A stretch of 64,000 nt of DNA, taken from NCBI GenBank assembly GCA_963735035.1, contig CAVTJJ010000004.1:1-64000 (forward strand). Reading direction: 5' to 3'. The stretch's first letter is position 1. Each line of letters starts with the position of its first letter. The notes beneath the pieces were generated by a model. It was not told the origin of the DNA. It worked only from the letters and a program-made list of their open reading frames with translations, and searched no databases. Made by a program: the position numbers and the translations under genes. Positions 59,969 through 64,000 of the stretch are shown here, one piece after another. Origin of the DNA: an uncultured candidate division Zixibacteria bacterium (GTDB taxonomy: Bacteria; Zixibacteria; MSB-5A5; GN15; FEB-12).

Positions 59969-62282
59969 ATGTTCAAGTCTGAAGTCCCAATAACGAAATC
60001 TGCTGAAGACATCTTGGGGCGAACAGCGTACGCCCGAAGGCTAGCAGAATCAATAACACAATGGGAATGCAAGGATAGCCTTGTCATTGGTTTGTATGGA
60101 ACGTGGGGTGCTGGGAAGTCTTCTGTCATCAACCTTGTCAAGGAGCATCTCGCGTCATTGCCGGTCGGGAAGTCACCCACTCTGATAGAGTTCAACCCTT
60201 GGATGGTTTCCGGCCAAAGCCAATTGCTGACTCACTTCTTCGAACAGATTGCGTCCGAGTTGGCCATCCTGAAGCAAGAAGCGGAGGATCAGGAGACGGC
60301 TGCCAAGCTCCGGCAATACGCAGCCCTTCTTCTGTCGTTGCCAGAGAAGCCCGACATTGAGAGCGCCCTGAAGGGAGTACTAGCTACGGGAGGCTTTGCG
60401 AGCTTGGTCGGCGGCGTATTGCTCGACAAAATAACAGCCAGCCCCTGGGGCATGGGCTTGGTCGTTCTCGGAATAACTCTGATGCTGCTGAGATTTTACG
60501 GCGGACTCTTGCAGACCATTGCTCTCTATTTTGAAAGCCGTGCGACTGCGAAGAGGAAATCAATCGCGGCGAAGAAACAAGAGATCGTGGACGCCCTGAA
60601 GTCACGAAGCCACAAGCTGCTCGTCATTTTGGATGATATTGACAGGCTTAACGAGGTTGAAGTGAAGGAGCTTATGCGGTTAGTGAAGGTTAACAGTGAC
60701 TTCCCTCAGACGGTGTACTTACTGGCTTGTGATCGGATGATTGTCGAGAAGCATCTTGAAGATGTCGCCAAATCTATAAGCGGCCGCGATTACCTAGTAG
60801 AAGGTGGTCCAAGTCAGCTTCGATTTGCCGCAAACCAGTCGCTGGAGGATTGAGAAATACTTGTTTGGGCAACTTGATGAAACGCTAGACCGACTTCCGC
60901 GGGGATGGCAAAAGTACTTTGACTCATATCGTTGGGCTAACCTCTATCATTCAGGATTCAAGAACTTCTTCCCGACTATCCGGAGCATTAAGCGATATGT
61001 CAACAGCCTTGCTTTTCACCTATCTATGATCGAGAAGCAGGGAGTCCTAGAAGCGAATCCCATTGATTTCATGGCCATAGAGTGTATCCGAGTGTTCTGC
61101 CCTGAGTTCTATCACTTCATAAGACGAAACAAGGAGTTGTTTACTCACATTGATTCTGATTCTATGGATCAGTACGAACACCGCCGACGTGACGAACGCT
61201 TGCGCTTGCTAAAGGAGGAACTAAGCAAGGTGCCGGGGGCCTTGAGCGCAGGTGTAAGTGAGATGGTCAGATGGACATTCCCCGGCACCTTAGATGGCAC
61301 TATATATGGTCCAACTTGGATATCAACTTGGAACAAAGGCCTGATGGCCCGGTCTCCCCAATACTTCGACGTATATTTTTCTCTTGCTCCGGGGGGTGAT
61401 GAGGGAGCGCTCTCCCAATATGATCTCGTTCAGCTTCTTAGTGCAACTCAAGACCCTACTAGATTTCAAGAACTTCTACGACAACACATTCAGCGCGGAA
61501 CGATTCGCTCTGTCCTCGAACGGCTTCAGGACTATACTTCAGGGGAAGAGTCAATTTCCGATGGGAGCATTGGCACTGTTATTCTCAGCCTATTCAACGT
61601 GTCGGATGAACTCCCGACTAATGAGGAATCGTTTTTTGACGTCGGTGCCTCCATGGATGTTATGCGTATCTTACATCAACTCGGGAAGCGTGTTGGCGAC
61701 GCGAATAAGTACAAGGACCTAGTTCTCCCAGCGGTACGTGCCACGGCCGCCTTGGGCGGCGCTGTTGAGTTCGTTTCGCTGGAGACGCCGCGAGCTGAAA
61801 ACCGCGATGCTCAATACACAATCCCGAATGACTCTATCGGCGAATTCCAGGCCGCTTGCGTTGAGAAGATCAGAGAATTCGAGCAGCAAGGGGGACTGTA
61901 CAACCACACTCGACTTGTGTACATCCTCTACAGATGGAAAGAATGGTCAAAAGACGATGAATGCAGAAGGTCCATCGAGAAGTACACGTCGTCGGATGAG
62001 AGACTCCTGGACTTTCTGGGCAAGTTCATGCATGACCAAAGAAGTCAGACAATAGGAGAATATGCTATCCGCAAAGAGCGGCAGTACAATTTCAGGAGTC
62101 TATCAGACCTGTATGATCTCAGGGTGGTTAAGGAACGCCTAGAGAACATTCGACGCTCGAACAGGGCATTTGAAGAAGAGAACGCGGAGCTATTTCGTCT
62201 GTTTTTCGAGGGAATCGATGCAGCTATCCATCAACAGGAAAGAGATGCATCGAAACAACAGCCTCAGGGTTTACTGGAATAG
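59969..62282 (+). CDS. KAP family P-loop NTPase with two TM helices (one-base frameshift at ~60798)
   Basis: GLYGTWGAGKSS, FNPW, ILDDIDRL, DYL|EKVVQVSFDLP across the shift, R.IKRYVN. Confidence 0.9.
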
Positions 62283-62361
62283 CATTACCTCAGCGCAATT
62301 CGCGGTCCAAGCCTTGGTGCCGGGTACACAAATCACTATAAGAGGCCGTGTTGCAGTTCTC

Positions 62362-62916
62362 TCACCCCGCCAGCTCAGGCGGCTTCCCGTCTCCCGCGCC
62401 CGGCAGGTCGTCCGGGTCGAGGCTGCGTTTCTGGAAGAACATCATCAGGAGCAGAAACACAATTCCGCATGTGATCGCGGAGTCGGCCACATTAAACGTC
62501 CAGAAACGGTCCAACTGGAACGGGCCGATTGAGATATCGAAAAAGTCCATATCGATAAAATCCACCACACTGCCGAGACGGATCCGGTCTATCAGATTGC
62601 CAATCGCCCCACCCGCTATGCCGGCTAAGGGCATGGACACGAGCATCACATGACGGTTCTTGTAGATGTAGTAGCAGACAAACGGAAGCACCACGAGCGA
62701 CATGACGAGGTAGTACACCGACGGCCCCACCCGGGTGCCCATGGCGCCGCCCTCGTTGTAGACCAGGGTCCACATCAGAAAATCCCCCAGGACATGCACA
62801 GAGGGTTGTCCGCTTAGCGCGGACACCGCCCAGAGCTTGGTGATCTGATCGGCGATCACGACTATCGCCACTACTGTCAGCGGCCCGATGAGTTTCTTAG
62901 CTGGGTTCCCGGCCAG
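62362..62916 (-). CDS. lspA: Lipoprotein signal peptidase II
   Basis: DQITK, N.GGAMG, GGAIGNLIDR, VVDFI, FNVADSAI; start approximate. Confidence 0.95.
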   Translation of the reverse strand: MAGNPAKKLIGPLTVVAIVVIADQITKLWAVSALSGQPSVHVLGDFLMWTLVYNEGGAMGTRVGPSVYYLVMSLVVLPFVCYYIYKNRHVMLVSMPLAGIAGGAIGNLIDRIRLGSVVDFIDMDFFDISIGPFQLDRFWTFNVADSAITCGIVFLLLMMFFQKRSLDPDDLPGAGDGKPPELAG

Positions 62917-63286
62917 ATTTCTTTTCCTCTTCGGCCGATTTGCACTGGATGCACAGGCGGGCATGCGGCACCGCGGTCAGTCGCGGTATCTGGATCTGTT
63001 TGCCGCAAGTCTCGCACTTGCCATAGCTGCCGTCTTCGACCCGCCGCAGAGCCTCATCGATATGATACAACAAACGGCGGCTCTTGGAGCCCTGAGCGAA
63101 AGCCATCTCCCGTTCCATGTTGTCCGTACCCTGGTCGGCCATGTGGTAGGAGTAATGGGTGAGATCGCCGGTCGATTCCTTGATAGTAGTGCCGTGGGAC
63201 TCCTCGATAAGACCCATTTCTTCCTGCAGGGCGCGGCGTTTTTCCAACAGTAGCTTCTTAAATTTATCGAGGTCGCTCTGACGCAT
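62897..63286 (-). CDS. TraR/DksA family C4-type zinc finger protein
   Basis: GGAGGT RBS; HMADQGTD, GSYGKCETCGKQI..RL.AVP.ARLCIQCK. Confidence 0.93.
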   Translation of the reverse strand: MRQSDLDKFKKLLLEKRRALQEEMGLIEESHGTTIKESTGDLTHYSYHMADQGTDNMEREMAFAQGSKSRRLLYHIDEALRRVEDGSYGKCETCGKQIQIPRLTAVPHARLCIQCKSAEEEKKSGREPS

Positions 63287-63299
63287 GCGTACCTCCGTC

Positions 63300-64000
63300 T
63301 CAGATTTTGGCCACCTCGATGGCGGCCTTTTCACCATTAATGTCCCATTCCACGGCCTTAGTCAAGTTTTCACCTGACACAAATTCGAGGCTGTGGGCCA
63401 GGGTTTCGTGCTGTATGAAACTGCCGTGGCGGTCGGCCGCCTGGCGTAGTCGCTCGGTGGAACTAATCTTGATGCGGATATTGTCGGTCACTTCGAATCC
63501 GGAACTCTTGCGCATATTCTGGACTTTGTTGACGATCTCCCGCGCAAACCCTTCGTCCCGAAGCTCTTCGTCGATACGGGTATCGAGCGCAATCATGACC
63601 GGACCGTCGGACTCGACCGCCATGCCTTCTTTCTCGGTGCGGATCACGTCGACATGCTCAGGCGCGAGAACCGGTTTCGACGGCAACGAGTCAATCGTAA
63701 GCGTACCCGACGAAGCAAACTCGGCCACTTTGGAGCTCGGCAACTGTGTGACAAACGCGGCCGCCACTTTGACATCGCCGCCCAGTTTCGGGCCGGCCGT
63801 CTTGAAATTCAACTTGGCGCTGTAAGTAACGTATTGATCGAGATTTTCGGCCGGGGCGACTTCCTTGACATTCAGTTCGTCGCGAATAATCCCTAGATAC
63901 GGCTCGAGCTTGGCGAACGCGTTCTTGCCGGGCGCCGAGACCATCATCCTGGCCAGTGGCTGACGTACTTTGAGATTCTTGCGGGTGCGCGCCGCCCGAC
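63300..64000 (-). CDS. ileS: Isoleucyl-tRNA synthetase, C-terminal part (partial)
   Basis: KVRQPL, ELNVKEV, NFK..GPKLG, EGFAREIVNKVQNMRK..GFEVTD; ileS-dksA-lspA synteny. Confidence 0.95.
   Translation of the reverse strand, partial: RAARTRKNLKVRQPLARMMVSAPGKNAFAKLEPYLGIIRDELNVKEVAPAENLDQYVTYSAKLNFKTAGPKLGGDVKVAAAFVTQLPSSKVAEFASSGTLTIDSLPSKPVLAPEHVDVIRTEKEGMAVESDGPVMIALDTRIDEELRDEGFAREIVNKVQNMRKSSGFEVTDNIRIKISSTERLRQAADRHGSFIQHETLAHSLEFVSGENLTKAVEWDINGEKAAIEVAKI

Noticed and set aside
60790..60810. Programmed frameshift in the KAP gene (also iscU and wzi)
   Set aside because: No slippery heptamer or homopolymer at the shift; removing one base restores the family motif DYLEKVVQV.
1..64000. 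tRNA or rRNA genes
   Set aside because: None recognised; GGTTCGAGTCC near 5068 lacks a cloverleaf context and lies in the IS non-coding end.

Overview
GC-rich chromosomal window from a diderm bacterium. The Cys-Cys/GD-N dockerin-like C-terminal domain and overall gene content suggest Zixibacteria or a related FCB-group lineage (inference). The window spans the replication origin (mrp-dnaA-oriC-dnaN-recF). Core genes include ileS (partial), lspA, a dksA-like gene, greA, ilvC, nadC-birA-iscU-mutM and cysK/metB-like genes. It also holds a sigma54-type capsule locus (wza, a degenerate aminotransferase, a WcaJ-like transferase, wzi), a TPP-riboswitch TonB receptor plus Na+/solute symporter, and a HmuR/HmuY heme-uptake pair. 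Lone accessory or defence-like genes (TIR protein, KAP NTPase, truncated EcoRII-like nuclease with vsr, Fic) are scattered through it. Most longer intergenic regions are filled with REP-like palindromes of many families, and a RAYT (TnpA-REP) gene is flanked by its own REPs. The most notable feature is an IS110/IS1111-type element inserted exactly in the centre of a REP hairpin. Its 3' non-coding region (candidate bridge/seekRNA) carries an 11-nt match to the target, and circularisation would create a junction promoter. Next to it is a 152-bp MITE nested in another REP. Other candidates: a sigma54-dependent sRNA, two catalytically dead enzyme homologues, and REP sequences translated inside proteins. 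Several genes carry indels that are probably assembly errors.
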